Translations under genes and position numbers: made by a program
Part shown: one piece after another, positions 1 to 13,109 of the stretch
Layout: each line of letters begins with the position of its first letter
Numbering within the stretch: position 1 is the first letter of the stretch
NCBI GenBank assembly: GCA_964016885.1
Contig: OZ024741.1
Location: 142,600,001 to 142,664,000, forward strand
Reading direction: 5' to 3'
Length of the DNA stretch: 64,000 nucleotides
Source: Eledone cirrhosa
Taxonomy: Eukaryota
The notes under the pieces: generated by a model
Seen by the model: only the letters and a program-made list of their open reading frames with translations
Databases searched by the model: none
Told to the model about the DNA's origin: nothing

Positions 1-217
1 TCACAAGAACATTGTATGTGTGTTTGTGTGATTGTGTTTGTGTGTGAAATGATAAAGAGTTGAAAAAGCACCTAACATGTTTTAATTTCGTGTACATGTC
101 ACGTGTATAATACATCAAAAAGAAGAGTTTTTGTATTTTTATACTAGACGGGTTTCGCTTAAAACAGCTATTCAAAAGTTTTTCCATGTTTAATTTACTA
201 GTTTTCTGTTATATATA

Positions 218-252
<35 letters not shown>

Positions 253-354
253 TTTGAGTATATGTTGGTTGTATACCAACACCTCAGTATGCAGATTGGA
301 GCACTCGACGAAGTGCGCAGATTGGTTTGGTTACTCCGGAGTAATGTAAAATTA

Positions 355-735
355 TACTTTAATGAATGCCTTAAGAAGAACCTAATATACGGATGTAGGG
401 TTAAAACCCCCAACTCCGAACACCTCTACATGGGAGCCACATCAACGAGCTTTAAGGACCGTTGGTATAGCCATCACCATTCCTTCAATAAGGAGGCCAA
501 AAGGAAAAGTACGCCTCTCTCCGACCTGATCTGGAAGCTTAAGCTGGACAAGACCCCGTACTCTCTGGCCTGGTCCATAATCAGGAAAGTACCACCCGAT
601 AAAGGGGGATCTGGCATATGCAAACTATGTCTGAACGAGACCCTCGAGATACTAAGAGGTGGAAGCCGCCTGATAAACCTCAGAACCGACTTCTTCGGGA
701 CATACAGACACCTCGGGGCCGGGACCTTCCTTTAG
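355..735 (+). pseudogene. GIY-YIG endonuclease C-terminus of a 5'-truncated Penelope-like retroelement
   Basis: ORF 262-735 contains NLIYGCRV...LYMGATSTSFKDRWYSH...CKLCLNE..EI...LIN.R, the PLE-type GIY-YIG pattern. No RT is seen upstream, only a (TA)n run. Confidence 0.85.
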
Positions 736-2100
736 ATATATGGACAGTAGCAACACAATAAGATGTGAACTCCCCTCAAGCTATAGGGACTTCTCCAGAA
801 CACGTAGACACCTCTCAGCCAGACCTCCCTCAAGCTATATGGGCTGTAACAACACCATAGGTTGGGAACTCCCCTCAAGCCATAGGGACCAACCCAAACT
901 GAGCAGACACCATGATAGCCTAGAGATTGATTCTGACACAGCCTTTATAATTTGGCCAACATCTTTATAACACACACACATTTTATTTTACTTGATTTTT
1001 GATTTTTGATTTGTTTTCTGTTTTCTTCATTTTATCGCCTTATATTTATATTTAAGTTGAGATTGGTTATAACACACAAACATTTTATTTGATTATCCTA
1101 CTTCGTTTTATTCTTTTACCATCTTGTTCCTCCTACCACTTTATCCAACATCTTTCTGACCTTGAGATTGGTTATAGCACACACATTTTATTTTATTTGA
1201 ATCTTCATTTTTATTTTTCACCTTTCATTTTCATTTCTTTTTCATTAATTTTTCATTTATTCTTTATTTATTATTTATTTTCTGTTTTCTTCATTTTATT
1301 GCCTTCTATTTCTTCATATACATGGCAGAACCCCCCCCCCCCCCACCGATCCACCACCACGAGAGATGGTGGCAGGAGGGATAAATAAACACACACACAG
1401 ATACTTCTAAATGTCAGCAGCAGCAAGAAATAGGCTGACCACAACACCAACAACACTACCAAAATAAGGGTAGAGGTCAGATGTACTTAACAATAGCAAA
1501 TACAAACACTACAGGGAGCCTCAACCCAGAAAGAATTTCTAGACTTTTGACTGAGGAATGCTCTGAAAACTGACCAATGGGAAGTGACCTTACAAATCTT
1601 AATAACATTGAGATGGGTATAACACACACACATTTTATTTGATTATTTTATTTTATTTTGTTCCTTTACCATCTTATTCCTTCTATCACTTTATCATTTT
1701 TTTTAGCCGACTCCAACAACAATACCACTACCAACATAAGAGTAGAGGTCAGATGTACCTAACAATAACAAGAACAACCACTACAGATTGCCTTGCCTCA
1801 GAACGAATTTCTATAGACTTTTGACTGAGAAATGTTCTAACAACTGACCAATGAGAGGAGAAAAGGTCCTTTGACGCTGAAATTCGTTTGATTCCAGTTC
1901 CTCAGTGAAATAACAACCCAACCAGGAACTGGGCATATCAGAGTATTGACAAAGTTAAACACCCCAACAACATGTGTACTCGTCTCTACCACACTAATTC
2001 GGACTGCCTGAAGAAGTCACAGCCAAAGATGGCTGTCACCGAAATATATATAGCAGTAATAAACGAAGCCAAATTTTAAACATTTGACTTATTTATTTTA
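736..2100 (+). mobile_element. PLE 3' non-coding/pLTR region with internal duplications
   Basis: Repeated blocks (gaactcccctcaagc.atagggac x2; gagattggttataacacac..cattttattt x4; 1440-1580 resembles 1715-1850), ending in an HHR and AATAAA. Confidence 0.6.
2003..2057 (+). ncRNA. Minimal type-I hammerhead ribozyme (PLE pLTR)
   Basis: ACTGC-CTGAAGA-a-GTCACAGCCA aaga TGGCTGTCAC-c-GAAA-TATATA-TA/GCAGT-AATAAA. Stem I is 5 bp, the core is intact and stem III is palindromic. Confidence 0.85.
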
Positions 2101-3442
2101 TTTTATTTTATATACATATATATATATATCGGTGTATGTATGCCTGGCTACACACATATTTATATAGGTATATGTGCGTATGAGCCGAAGATGTTGTGGA
2201 ATCCTAATTGGTTTTTAATTGAATCTTAACAGTACAGTTAAAATTGAATCTTAACAGTACATCTAAAATGGCTATCTTAGGTCAGCTAAACCGCTAGCCC
2301 AATTTCAGGCGCCGACAGACACACTGACCTATCTAACAAGAACCCCAGTCAATAGACCCTGTGATGTACGCTGCGTATTCAAAGAAATTATTTATCTCTT
2401 CATTCCTTCTTTCTATACACTCACCGACACCAATCAAATCCAATGGAAACTATAATACCGCAACTGAGTATGATTTGGCAACGCCTTATATATCTATATT
2501 CATTAGAGAACCCACAAGTCTAGTGAGCTATCGATTCCAGAGTCTGGCGCGTTAAATATCGATCGTACCTTAAGCTAATCAATCGTGAAACGCACGTCAC
2601 ATGTGACTAAACATAATGTTGCTATATTGATACTTTGTTCCCGCTCCCTTTTATTGCTACTAGTTATAGCCCTGTTTACCTTAGGACATACAGAAACACA
2701 CACACGGTTTTTCCACGTGTTGACAGAATTGTACAACAAAGTCTTTTTTTGAATTCTGTGTTGCGTTGTGTATATGTTGAAGGACATACAGAAACAAACT
2801 CAGTCCTCTCCCTCTTACTGTATTTCTGTCTCAATAACAACAACTTGTCATTATGGTGAAAGTCTTTTTTTTTTTCATGTGTTGTGTTGCGTTGGCTATA
2901 TGCTAAAGGATATACCCCCCCCCCCCCAAACTCCGCATTTATTTTCATTTATTTGCACGTTACGTTTTAGTTAGTTAGAGAGAGGTGGAGTATTATTTCC
3001 CTATCTCTACATAGAGCGTGACGGATGGACTGATAGACACGGTTCTTATAATACATACATACATATTTACATACAACTATCACTGATACACATTTAACCA
3101 CAGCAATTACCTCCAATGAAACATTCACCACACCCACAAGTACTTCTAATATAACATCAACTAGCAACCACCACACCCACAACTACCTCCAATACACACC
3201 AACCACACCTACAACAACTACCTCCAATAAATCAACCAGCAATTCCATAATTACAACACTGAGGCGGATAGCCATCTAACTAAATGTATCAGTCAACTGC
3301 GGAAATAACCGGTCAATGTAAGACAACACACACACACTCACACACATAAGCATGCATAAAGCTAAACCGATATATTTGTTTACGATTCTCTAAGAATGTG
3401 GAGTATGCATACGAGAATACAAAATTAGACCAAAGAAGCTAT

Positions 3443-3477
<35 letters not shown>

Positions 3478-4171
3478 CGGGGGGGGGGGGGGGCTGCAAT
3501 TCTTACCCGAGGAGAAAATCCCTATCCCTACCCTTTCCGTGAAATTTCAGAAGTCCAAAGAAGAAAGAAATCTGGAAATTCCAGTGAAGAAATTGATTTT
3601 AGATTGAACATTTCTTTATCATTATTCGCATTCTTCTGCAAGGTTTATATACCTGAACGTTGGTTTTAAGGATATTAATGTTAAATTAATATTCAGCTAT
3701 TAATGTTGTGTAATAGAATACTACTTTACTTGTATACGACTCTTAACGTTATGTAATATATAGAATAAAATACTATATTTTTTCTTATCATTTGAAGAGG
3801 AGTCGGAAATAGTAAACAAGTAAAGGAGTGGGAGGCTGCATAGAAAGGTTAAAAAACACTGAACTTAATTTCTGTGTTATGTGGAGAGCGAGAGAGAGGG
3901 GTGGATCATGTGTGTGTGAGCGTGCGTCTATTTCAGTGTGTATGTGTGTGCATACATATATGTGTATGTACACGATAGTTATCCTGCATGGTATTGCCAA
4001 TTTAGCGTGAGACGCGCTAGATTTGATGCGTTTTAGAAGCGCTTAACACGTAAACTTTAGATTTTTCCCTCTTGAACAGATTATTTCATCGCATTTACCC
4101 TCAGAAATGTCGAAAGATGCTTTATAGCTGAAATTTTGTATTCTTTGTGTAATGACATGAACTTCATTATT

Positions 4172-4223
<52 letters not shown>

Positions 4224-4379
4224 AAATAAATTCCTCTTCAAAATGCGAAGGGTTAAAACTCTTGTTGTTCAAATCTTATAGATTTCTCTAATTCAATCAT
4301 TCAGCAAATCATTGAAGAATGAGTTTCTTCGGGATTCTACTTCGGTTTTCAATATGAGAATGATCTCTCCCAGTGTAAA

Positions 4380-4620
4380 TTTCTTCAATAAACATAACTA
4401 AAACTATATTAAATTTGCTAAAAGTTTTAGAATCCATGAAATATTTCAGAGTGCCTTAAACCTCATCAAAGAGATTCCTGGTTTAGCATTAAAACTACAC
4501 ATTTTGCCACATGCAAATGCTGATATGGAAGACTTTTTTAGTGTCATGAAAATTGTTCGTTCAACATTGTATGAGTTTAAAGACATAGAGAGAAATGTTA
4601 TGCGCTGAACATGGTCTAAA
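4380..4620 (+). pseudogene. Degenerate hAT transposase dimerisation-domain remnant
   Basis: Translates across a frameshift as LALKLHILPHANADME(R)LFSVMKIV, matching the hATC motif LP.SNA..ER.FS. Confidence 0.55.
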
Positions 4621-7619
4621 GAGTAATGATAAATGGTACTTCAGTCCAAAAATCGCCGAAAGAAATCTTGCAGAATATAGGAACAAAGGATTCCTTAACT
4701 TAACCCCCAGAAGAAAAAATAGACAAGTTCCATGTTTTGAGAGAAATATTTGATTTAGAATTCTTCGATTTTGAATAAAAATGAGATAAGTCAATCGATT
4801 TTATGTATTTTTTCATCTATTCTAATTGTTTTAGCAGTAATGTTTTCTACCTGACAAATGTTCTTCCGGTATTTGAAAATGTTTTATCTTAGCTTCTTTG
4901 GAGTTTTTTAGCGCACCATTGAAGAATTTGAAATCAGGCTCTGCAAAAGCTAAACAAAGGTAGCTTGGCCAATACATTGTGTAGATACCATTGTATGTTT
5001 GTATATATGTGTGTGTGTTGTCCAAATGTATATTTGTATTTGCGTACGAGTGCGTGTGTAAATATGTTGTGTTCTCCAATACCGACTTAGCTGAAAACAT
5101 AAAACTAACCACCACAAATAGACAATACAGTAAAGGGAAATGACGGTCTGATATCTGTTTCTCGATAGCTTATCATCAACATTCTATTGGGGACCGACAC
5201 AGATCGATTTGACGAAATACAGAAAATATATACAAACAGAAATACACAGAAATAATCATAATCACACAACAAACACATATGTATAACCACGCACATACAA
5301 TCATTCACATGAATACACAAACGCTTATATATATATAAAATCATTCACAACGCCATTCGTAATAACCCCCCACACATTATAATATTACACACAAACATTA
5401 TTTTCCAAGGAGGAGGGAATAGAAAGGGAAAAAAACTCGGTAAGCACGTAAGAGTGACGGATGCAATGAAAGCAAACGACATCAACAGCGTTATGTATAG
5501 TGTAATAAAGATGACGGAGATACAGCTGCATTTGTTGTGGTTCTACGAGGAATCTCCTATGCAACAAGCACTTCCACTACATAGTCTAGCGAATAATTCT
5601 GCAAAACCAGATCAACCACCTGCCAAATCACAACATTCTCACCTACAGATACTGTTAGAAGATATGAGATACAGGGAGGGGGAGAAAGAAAGAGTCAGAG
5701 AGAGAGTGTGAGTGTGTGTGTAAATCAGAGAAGAGAAAAAGCTGGAGAAGTGTGTATGTGTGTGTAAGAGAAAGAAAGAGATACAGACAAAGAGAAAGGT
5801 AGAAACAAAAAATAAGAAAGAACGACATATATATGTGTGTGTGAGTCTATGTGTGTGCGCGACTATGTTCACACACACATACATACATATATACAAGGAC
5901 TCTGAAAGATCATACGTAGTTTTAGCGGCAGCATAGCTGAGACCCAATATGGCGGATGATAGCGATATTTCGAGTGTTAGTCTCATATATTCCCATGCTC
6001 TTTGTAAGTGGTTGTCATAACACCTAAAACTATTTCAGAACCAGGCCGGAAATATATTCTTATGTAGGGATCGTTCATATCATCTATCATATTATATAAA
6101 ACAAATGTTTTTAGATTTCGTCTTGATTGTGTTTGTTATATATATCTGGGACAGGTGAGCTTGATGATATGTAACACACACACACACCCTCAGACACACG
6201 CGCGCACACACACAAGAGTTGAATGGGGTATGAAAGAAGGTTGTATGCGTGACCTTCGCAGACCTCCCAATTTGCTGAGATCGATACGGTCGGTATTGAT
6301 CTTAACCAACAGCAAACAAAAAGGAAACTTAGTTCGAATATTCTATATAGAGTGGACCCTACTCAAGGCACTCAAAGACAAAATTAATGGCGATAAAAAA
6401 GGTAACATATTATAAGTCCGCTATCCATATTGCGAGTCCACAGTTGAATTTGAACCTGGAATGTAGAGCCGAGGCAAACACCGCAAGGTATCTATCTCGC
6501 ACTGGGCCGGTATTTTATTTTATTGAGCTCCGAAAAGATGAAAGACAAAGTTGACCTCGGAAAAACAGGAGGAGGAGGTTTGAACTCAGAGGGGGGTGGG
6601 GTGCACTTAGAAAATCCGGAACAAATAGTGTGTGTGTAAGTGGAATGGATGTCTGCACATGTGTGTGTGGGGGGTGGGGGGGTGTTCTATGCCTTCGCCG
6701 GTGTATGTGAGTGTGTAAGTCGGTTAGAGTGTCCGTGGATGTGTGAGTTTATAAGTGGGTTTGGATGCCCGCACATGTGTGTGTGTGTATGAGAGTGTGA
6801 GTGTTTTGTGTAAGTGGGTTTCGTTGCCCGCGCCTCTGTCTGTGTGTAAATGGGTTTCGGTGCATGCGCTACTGTGTGTGTTTGGGTGTCTGCGTCTGTG
6901 TATATATACACAACCTCCAACGTGAAAACAAAGTAATAAACAACCATTAGATATGAACTGGAGCGATATCGTTGATTTTCACCCCACTCCTACCACATTC
7001 ATCAACGGCTATATAGTTTCAACTCGACTTTTCATACATACTCATATACGCACACACACACAAACAACAGACGTTCTAGGCGGCCAGTGAAAACAATAAA
7101 TACTTTCATAGATATTTAGTTAAAGTCAGCCGTGCTTTGCTACACTTTACTACATGTCCGGCTGTTGTTTTCTAGAACAATCTAACACTCGACACAAATA
7201 ATGTAATAAACTCATTGGAATGGAGTTGTTGGATCGCACAATAAACCAGACGACTACATAAAATAGTCAACCAATAAAAAACTTTGTTGTGGTTAAGAGA
7301 AATTGTGGTGTTGGGGTGTTATTGGTGGTGATGGTTGCGGTGTTGTGTGAAATTGTGGTGCGGATGCTGTTATTAGTGGTGGTGGTAATGATGGTGGTAG
7401 TGTTGTTGCTGCTGCTGGTGGTGTGCTTGTTGCTGTTGTTGGTGGTAGTGGTAGTGGTAGTAATGTTGTTGTTTTAGGAGAACAGTTCAAAAAAGAATTT
7501 CTCGGCTGTATGGTTCAGTAATCGTACTTGTGTGATGCCACTGTCATTTAAAGATTCCCAGTGTAAGAAGGTGTGTGTGAACAACAGAGCATTCATGGAA
7601 TGAACCCTAGTCTGTTTTG

Positions 7620-7890
7620 ACAATAAATGTTCTAGTTGTTCGATCAACGAAACGGCCTGCTCCTGAAATTAAAATGCAAGTGACTGATCATTCCACATAC
7701 ACAGTATGTGTGGCAAGGTTGGCTCTTCAAATTACAGGTACAATCCATCCCATCGGACTTTCAAATGGTTTCCGTCCACCCAATTTCGCCTATCTGAGGC
7801 TATGATAAATCACACGTCCAAGATGCTACACTGTGGGATCGAACACGAGACCTAATGATTGCGAAGCAAACTTCTTAACCATTCGACCCT
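7620..7890 (-). mobile_element. tRNA-derived SINE
   Basis: tRNA-like head on the minus strand (ggttaagaagtttgcttcgcaatcattaggtctcgtgttcgatccc). Related copies at about 14070-14345 (-) and 56790-57110 (+). Confidence 0.7.
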
Positions 7891-7983
7891 GTTTCATCCA
7901 CAGCTATTATCATTAGTTTATAAGTATAGGGCCTCAGTTAAACTTGATACGTTCGGAGATCAAAGCGTTCGTAAGGTAAAGTA

Positions 7984-8020
<37 letters not shown>

Positions 8021-8022
<2 letters not shown>

Positions 8023-8340
8023 AGGCACATGGCTTCGTGGTTAGAGCATTGGCTTGCAATCGAAAGGTTGTGAGTTCAATTCTCAGACCGGGTGATGTGT
8101 TGTTTCCTTTATTTCACATTGCTCCAGTTTACTCAGCTGTAAAAATGAGATGATAGGGACTGGGGTCCCTATCATTCCACTGCAAAGTGGTCGTGGAGGT
8201 GCCACGGCAAAAAAGCACATAGCACTCACTGTAAATGAGGTTGGTGTTAGGAAGGGCATCCAGCTGTAGAAATCAAGCCAGAATCAGTTCCCGTCCCACC
8301 CTTGCAAGCAGGGAAAAGCGGACGTAAAATAATGATGATG
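8021..8340 (+). mobile_element. tRNA-derived SINE with LINE-like tail
   Basis: A-box (tggcttcgtggttagagc), B-box-like gagttcaattc, central ttgctccagtttactcagctgtaaaaatgag, tail gttaggaagggcatccagctgtagaaa...(atg)n. Confidence 0.75.
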
Positions 8341-8419
8341 AAAAATGATGATATATATATATTCATGTTTCATCTCTGAAGCTGTGATTGTCTGAAAATG
8401 TAAATTTGTATTAACAAGG

Positions 8420-8630
8420 ATTTCTAATTTAGGCACAAGGCCAACAATTTGGGGAAAGGGAAAGACGATTATATCCACCCCATTACTTAACTGGTACTTT
8501 ATTTTATCGACCCTGGAAGGATGAAAGGAAAAATTGAACTCGGTGGGATTTGAACTTAGAACGAAGAAAGTCGTAACTAAATGTCACAAAGCAACATGCC
8601 CAACGCTTTAGCGACACTAACAATTCACCT
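8420..8630 (-). mobile_element. tRNA-derived SINE with Meta/Sauria-like central domain (multi-copy family)
   Basis: Core gttcaaatcccgccgaggt.aactttgcctttcatcct..cggggtcgataaaataaagtaccag recurs at about 6510, 13870, 22100, 22460, 39450, 40300, 40500, 45730, 52090, 57300 and 58360. Confidence 0.75.
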
Positions 8631-9315
8631 CCCTCTATAATCGTAATAACTTATCTTAGATATATAAACAACATTTCTGCTTTGAAGTGTCTTATCTCTG
8701 TTTTCATATAGATCAAAGTAAACCCATTTCCTTATTCTAAACTAGCCGTATAGGAAGTCCAACATATTAAATGGGATCTGAAAAACGTGAAACAAAATGT
8801 TATGAAATTGATAAACATTCATTCACACTATACTAGCCAACAAGAGTTCCTCTATGTAGCGGCACTGGTGTGGTTAGCCGAGCTGTAACATACATTCCCA
8901 GTTCAATCGTTATGGAAAACGCTCACTGCCATTGAAATGACAAAGAGAAAGTGGCTGCGCGGAGGATGGGAAATGCAGCAAAAAAGGCATTTTGTTGATT
9001 ATGATGAGAGGAGATAAGCCGGAAGCCAGGGGGAAAAGACGAGCATCCAAATGAATGTTGGACATTGTATGATGGCATCAACACCTCCTGATCATGGCTA
9101 TGTTCACCGAAGATAGATTTTTGATACATGATGAGAATTCATTTAACTGATTTTGACCACACACTCCTACAATATAGAACTGTATTTTTGTTTCTTTTAA
9201 TAATGGCGGCTTTCTTGTTACCCTCTCTAATCGGCACTATTACGTCAATGCTAGACTCCTGCTAAGAATAGCAGGCAAATTTCTCGCAAACTGCATACTA
9301 ACGTCTTAAAATATA

Positions 9316-10534
9316 CGAGGTTTGTCCCAAAAGTAAGGGTACTGATTTTCCTCTGTACAACATAGTAACGCAGCACCTCGTTGATTATTATTGGCGTGTT
9401 GGTTATGACCTGAGCTGCAAGTACATATTTGTTTTAACGATTGAGTCAGTCGTGAGTTATTTTTGTTTATGTACAAACGTGTTTATAACCTCTGTTGCGT
9501 TTGCTATGCCGGAAAGTATTGAAGAGCGGCACGTGATCAAATTTTGTGTGAAACTCTACAAATTTGCAACCGAAACCTTTAATCATATAACACAAACTTA
9601 AGGAGACGCCACTCTATCGAGAAATAAGGTTTGTCAGTGGCATAAAGCTTTCAAAGAGGAACGAAAAAATGTTGAAGACGAACCTCGTTCTGGAAGGCCA
9701 ATCTCATCAACAAATGAACAAAATGTGGAAGTGGTGTGGAAGTGTTGATGGCGAAATATCACTGATTAAGTGTTAGGATGAGTGCAGAAAAAACAGGCTT
9801 GGATAAAAATGTAGTTCACAGAATTTTAACAAACCATTTGCATATGCGAAGAATTTGTGCAAAACTAGTGCCCAAATACTTGACTATGGAGCAAAAAGCG
9901 AACTGGTTGAAAATTTGTCAGGATTTGCTAGAAAAACAAGAAATTAAGCTAAATTTCTTGGATAAAGTAATAACAGGAGATGAATCATTGGTGTTGGAGT
10001 ACGATCTAGAGACAAAACGGCATAGTTAGGAGTGGTACATTAAAAAGAGTCTCCTCGTCAAAAGAAAGCACGCATGAGCAGATTCAGGTTGAAAATGATG
10101 ATTATCATGTTTTCCGACAGCCGTGATATTGTTCACTAAGAATACCTTCAGGGCAGACAGTTAATCGCAACTTCTACAAAGAGGTCTTGGAACGACTTTG
10201 AAAACGGGCCCAGCGAGTCTGAAAGGAGATTTGGGTACTGCAGTGTGAAAACGCGCCTGCTCACACAGCACTCTCAATGAAAGTATTTTTAACGAAAAAA
10301 ATAACATTCCCACCCATCCAAATCCTCCGTACAGACCAGATTTAGTTCATGTGATTTCTACCACCTCTCTGAGTTGAAATCGAAGTTGAAAACATACAAA
10401 AAATTGTAACCGATAAGCTAAGGCCACTCACAGACTTCCGGTACTGTTACGATCAATGAAAAAAATATAAGAACCAGTGTGTGACTTCCCAAGGGTTGTA
10501 TTTTGAAGGAGATAGACGTACATGAAATTACAAG

Positions 10535-10535
<1 letters not shown>
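9316..10535 (+). mobile_element. Degenerate mariner (Tc1/mariner) transposon
   Basis: TA + TIR cgaggtttgtcccaaaagtaagggtactgattttc; IKFCVKL, DEPRSGRP, ICAKLVPK, VITGDES, PYRPDL and YFEGD motifs with stops and frameshifts. Confidence 0.9.
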
Positions 10536-10582
<47 letters not shown>

Positions 10583-10623
10583 TTCAAAATATTAACAAAG
10601 ATAGACATTCGTGTGATCAAGTA

Positions 10624-10690
10624 TATTTTATTATACATATTTCAGAGGTACTGAGTTATCTTCAACAGTACGTCCTCATCAGATAAAATA
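10624..10690 (-). ncRNA. Minimal type-I hammerhead ribozyme (left arm, mirror copy)
   Basis: Reverse complement of 10789-10855 (tcatcag at 10676-10682). Confidence 0.85.
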
Positions 10691-10788
10691 AGATGATGCA
10701 TGACATACCCTGACTAAGTAGATGGTTAAAATTCAGTCATGACTGAATTTTAACCACCTACTTAGTCAGGGTATGTCATGCATCATCT

Positions 10789-10855
10789 TATTTTATCTGA
10801 TGAGGACGTACTGTTGAAGATAACTCAGTACCTCTGAAATATGTATAATAAAATA
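10789..10855 (+). ncRNA. Minimal type-I hammerhead ribozyme (right arm of palindrome)
   Basis: TATTTTAT-CTGATGA-ggacGTACTG..CAGTACctct-GAAA-TATGTA-TA/ATAAAATA. Stem I is 8 bp; predicted cleavage after 10847. Confidence 0.85.
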
Positions 10856-10995
10856 TACTTGATCACACGAATGTCTATCTTTGTTAATATTTTGAATTAA
10901 TATTAATAACTCCGGAAAACCAATTCTATGGAGTGCTTCTAATCTATTGTAAAACTTTATTCTTTGATTTATTCATTGAACCTTGTTTAACCTTT

Positions 10996-11075
<80 letters not shown>

Positions 11076-13109
11076 TCAGCTGGTGCTTCACTTTATTAAT
11101 ACGGGCGGCCAGCTTTAAATCACTAGTTTATTTCTCATAAAGTAGTACACCCTGTTTTTTCTCTGCATCCAGCGAGAAATAATTGAATTCGGACGGTGGT
11201 TTTAAGGAAAGCCGAAATTAAATCACTTGTGGGCTCGAGTACCCCGTAGTTTAACGACGTTGTCTATTTCCACAGCTACAAAGGTTAAAACAAAATGGTT
11301 AACAACCGGGATACAAAATAAATTCCTGAAATTATCTGCCCTTGCAACGACAATAGAATCCACGAAACTACGCACAAGCTAAAACGGTGTTTAAAAGAGA
11401 AATTGACGAAGATAAACCTAAAAATTTACTAAATAGTGGTCTGAGATAAATTTCCATAAACCTGTTGTGTATTTTTTGTTCTGGGCGAAATTGTTTATCT
11501 TGTTAATCCTGGTAAAATCCGTGCAGCGCCTTATTGCCCAACAAACATCCATTTATTCTACATCCATAAAAATTATGCCTAAGTCGATAGCAATTTGTCC
11601 CAGGCCACTTCACTGTCCACGTCTGGTTTTTGTTTTAAAAAATATCTGTTTAGTTTGCTTCATGAATTTTAGTGTGGCCGTTTTTTATGGCATCTTTTTT
11701 GTTTTTTCTACTTTAATAGACTATTCTCGAGTGTATGAGGAAATATGACATTATGATTTTTCCAAGAGCATGAGCCACACAAGAAAAGAAAAGAACCGGT
11801 TTACGAATTTACTCCATCGCAAACCTTTCAGTTGACTTGTAACGCTCGTCACATTTTCAATATACACGATCCGACAAAGTAATCCCACAATGCGCATGCT
11901 TGACCTACTAAGTAAAAACTGTTCCAATTCACAAACATCTTAACTCTTTTGATACCAAACCCGCCTGAAGCCGACACGAATTCTGCCATACAAATGTTTT
12001 TAATGTGTATATATATTTAAAAACCCGTCATCAGAATGTTATGTAAGAACTTTTGTTAAGTTGTGCTCCAAACACCAGCTTACTAACGAGAAAGTTAGTT
12101 ACATTTCTAAATCCCACCCAAGTTCTTAATTATTTTCCAAACGATGTGAAAATCATAGGCGATCTTTTTCAATAGAATGCTTTTCGCGCGTACACGCACG
12201 ATAATAAAACACTTAAACAGTCCCCAGAGACCACGCTAGATATGTTCGTGTCCATGGGTGAGAATGAAAATGTATACATGAGTGTGACATGTGTGTCAGA
12301 GTGACAGTGTGTGTATTTCTGAGTACGTGAGTGAGCCTATGTAAATGTGATATTTTAAGTGTGACAGATGGAGTTTGTATACGTGTGTCAGAGTGACAGT
12401 GTATGAATGTGTGAGTGTGTGAAAAGGAAAGTGTGACTATGTGAGTAAGACATTTAGTGTACATGTGTGTCAGAATGACTGTATGTGTGAGCACGTGAGG
12501 GAGAATATGTACGTGAGTGTATTTGTGAGTGTGTGTGACAGAATGACTGTGTGTGCATTTGTGAATACGAAGAGGGGGGGGGGGCATGTGTTTCTGAGTG
12601 ACAGTGTATGTATTTGTGAGTACGAGAAGGAAAGTGGTGAGTTCGTGAGAAGGAAAGTGTGGGTGCGACATTGAGTTTGCATACATGTAATGTGACGGAG
12701 ACGGAGAGTGTATTTGTGAGTGCATGAGTTTTCCGAAAGCCATTCCTTAATACGAAAGCTTGAGTCCATCAGCCACAACACAAATCAAGGGACATTAAAC
12801 CAACCATTTAATTTCCCCTGATTTCTTACAATCCAGCTTCTTCACTTCCTGTTGTCATTGTACCGCACAGAATACTAGGAAATTAGCTGTCCGTGATAGG
12901 GTCGAGATTGTGATCGTACAACAAAAGCTGTGGTAAATTAGGCGAAAAATGCATACATTAAAGCGAAATTAAATAATTCTGAAAGCAACGTTAAGTAGCA
13001 GTAATCGGCAAGGATTTCGTAAAATATTCATTATACAAGCACTTAAATTCAACTTAGATGTTTCCAAAATACAAAAGGTCAATGGTGAGTTTTGAACGAT
13101 AATAATTTA

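Larger units (their letters stand above)
10574..10905. repeat. 332-bp near-perfect palindrome (166-bp arms, no spacer, one mismatch)
   Basis: Centre ...ttcagtca|tgactgaa... at 10739/10740. The arms mirror each other out to taatattaattcaaaa / ttttgaattaatatta. Confidence 0.97.

Noticed and set aside
140-180. Partial HHR-like strings (here and at about 3259, 17256, 36748, 43860, 53284 and 56033)
   Set aside because: Each has only half of the core or lacks pairing stems. They could be decayed copies but cannot be supported.
5454-5711. 85-aa plus-strand ORF
   Set aside because: No recognisable family, and it ends in a GA microsatellite.
8021-8095. tRNA gene (also about 37435 and 56790)
   Set aside because: Degenerate cloverleaf running into SINE bodies; these are SINE heads.
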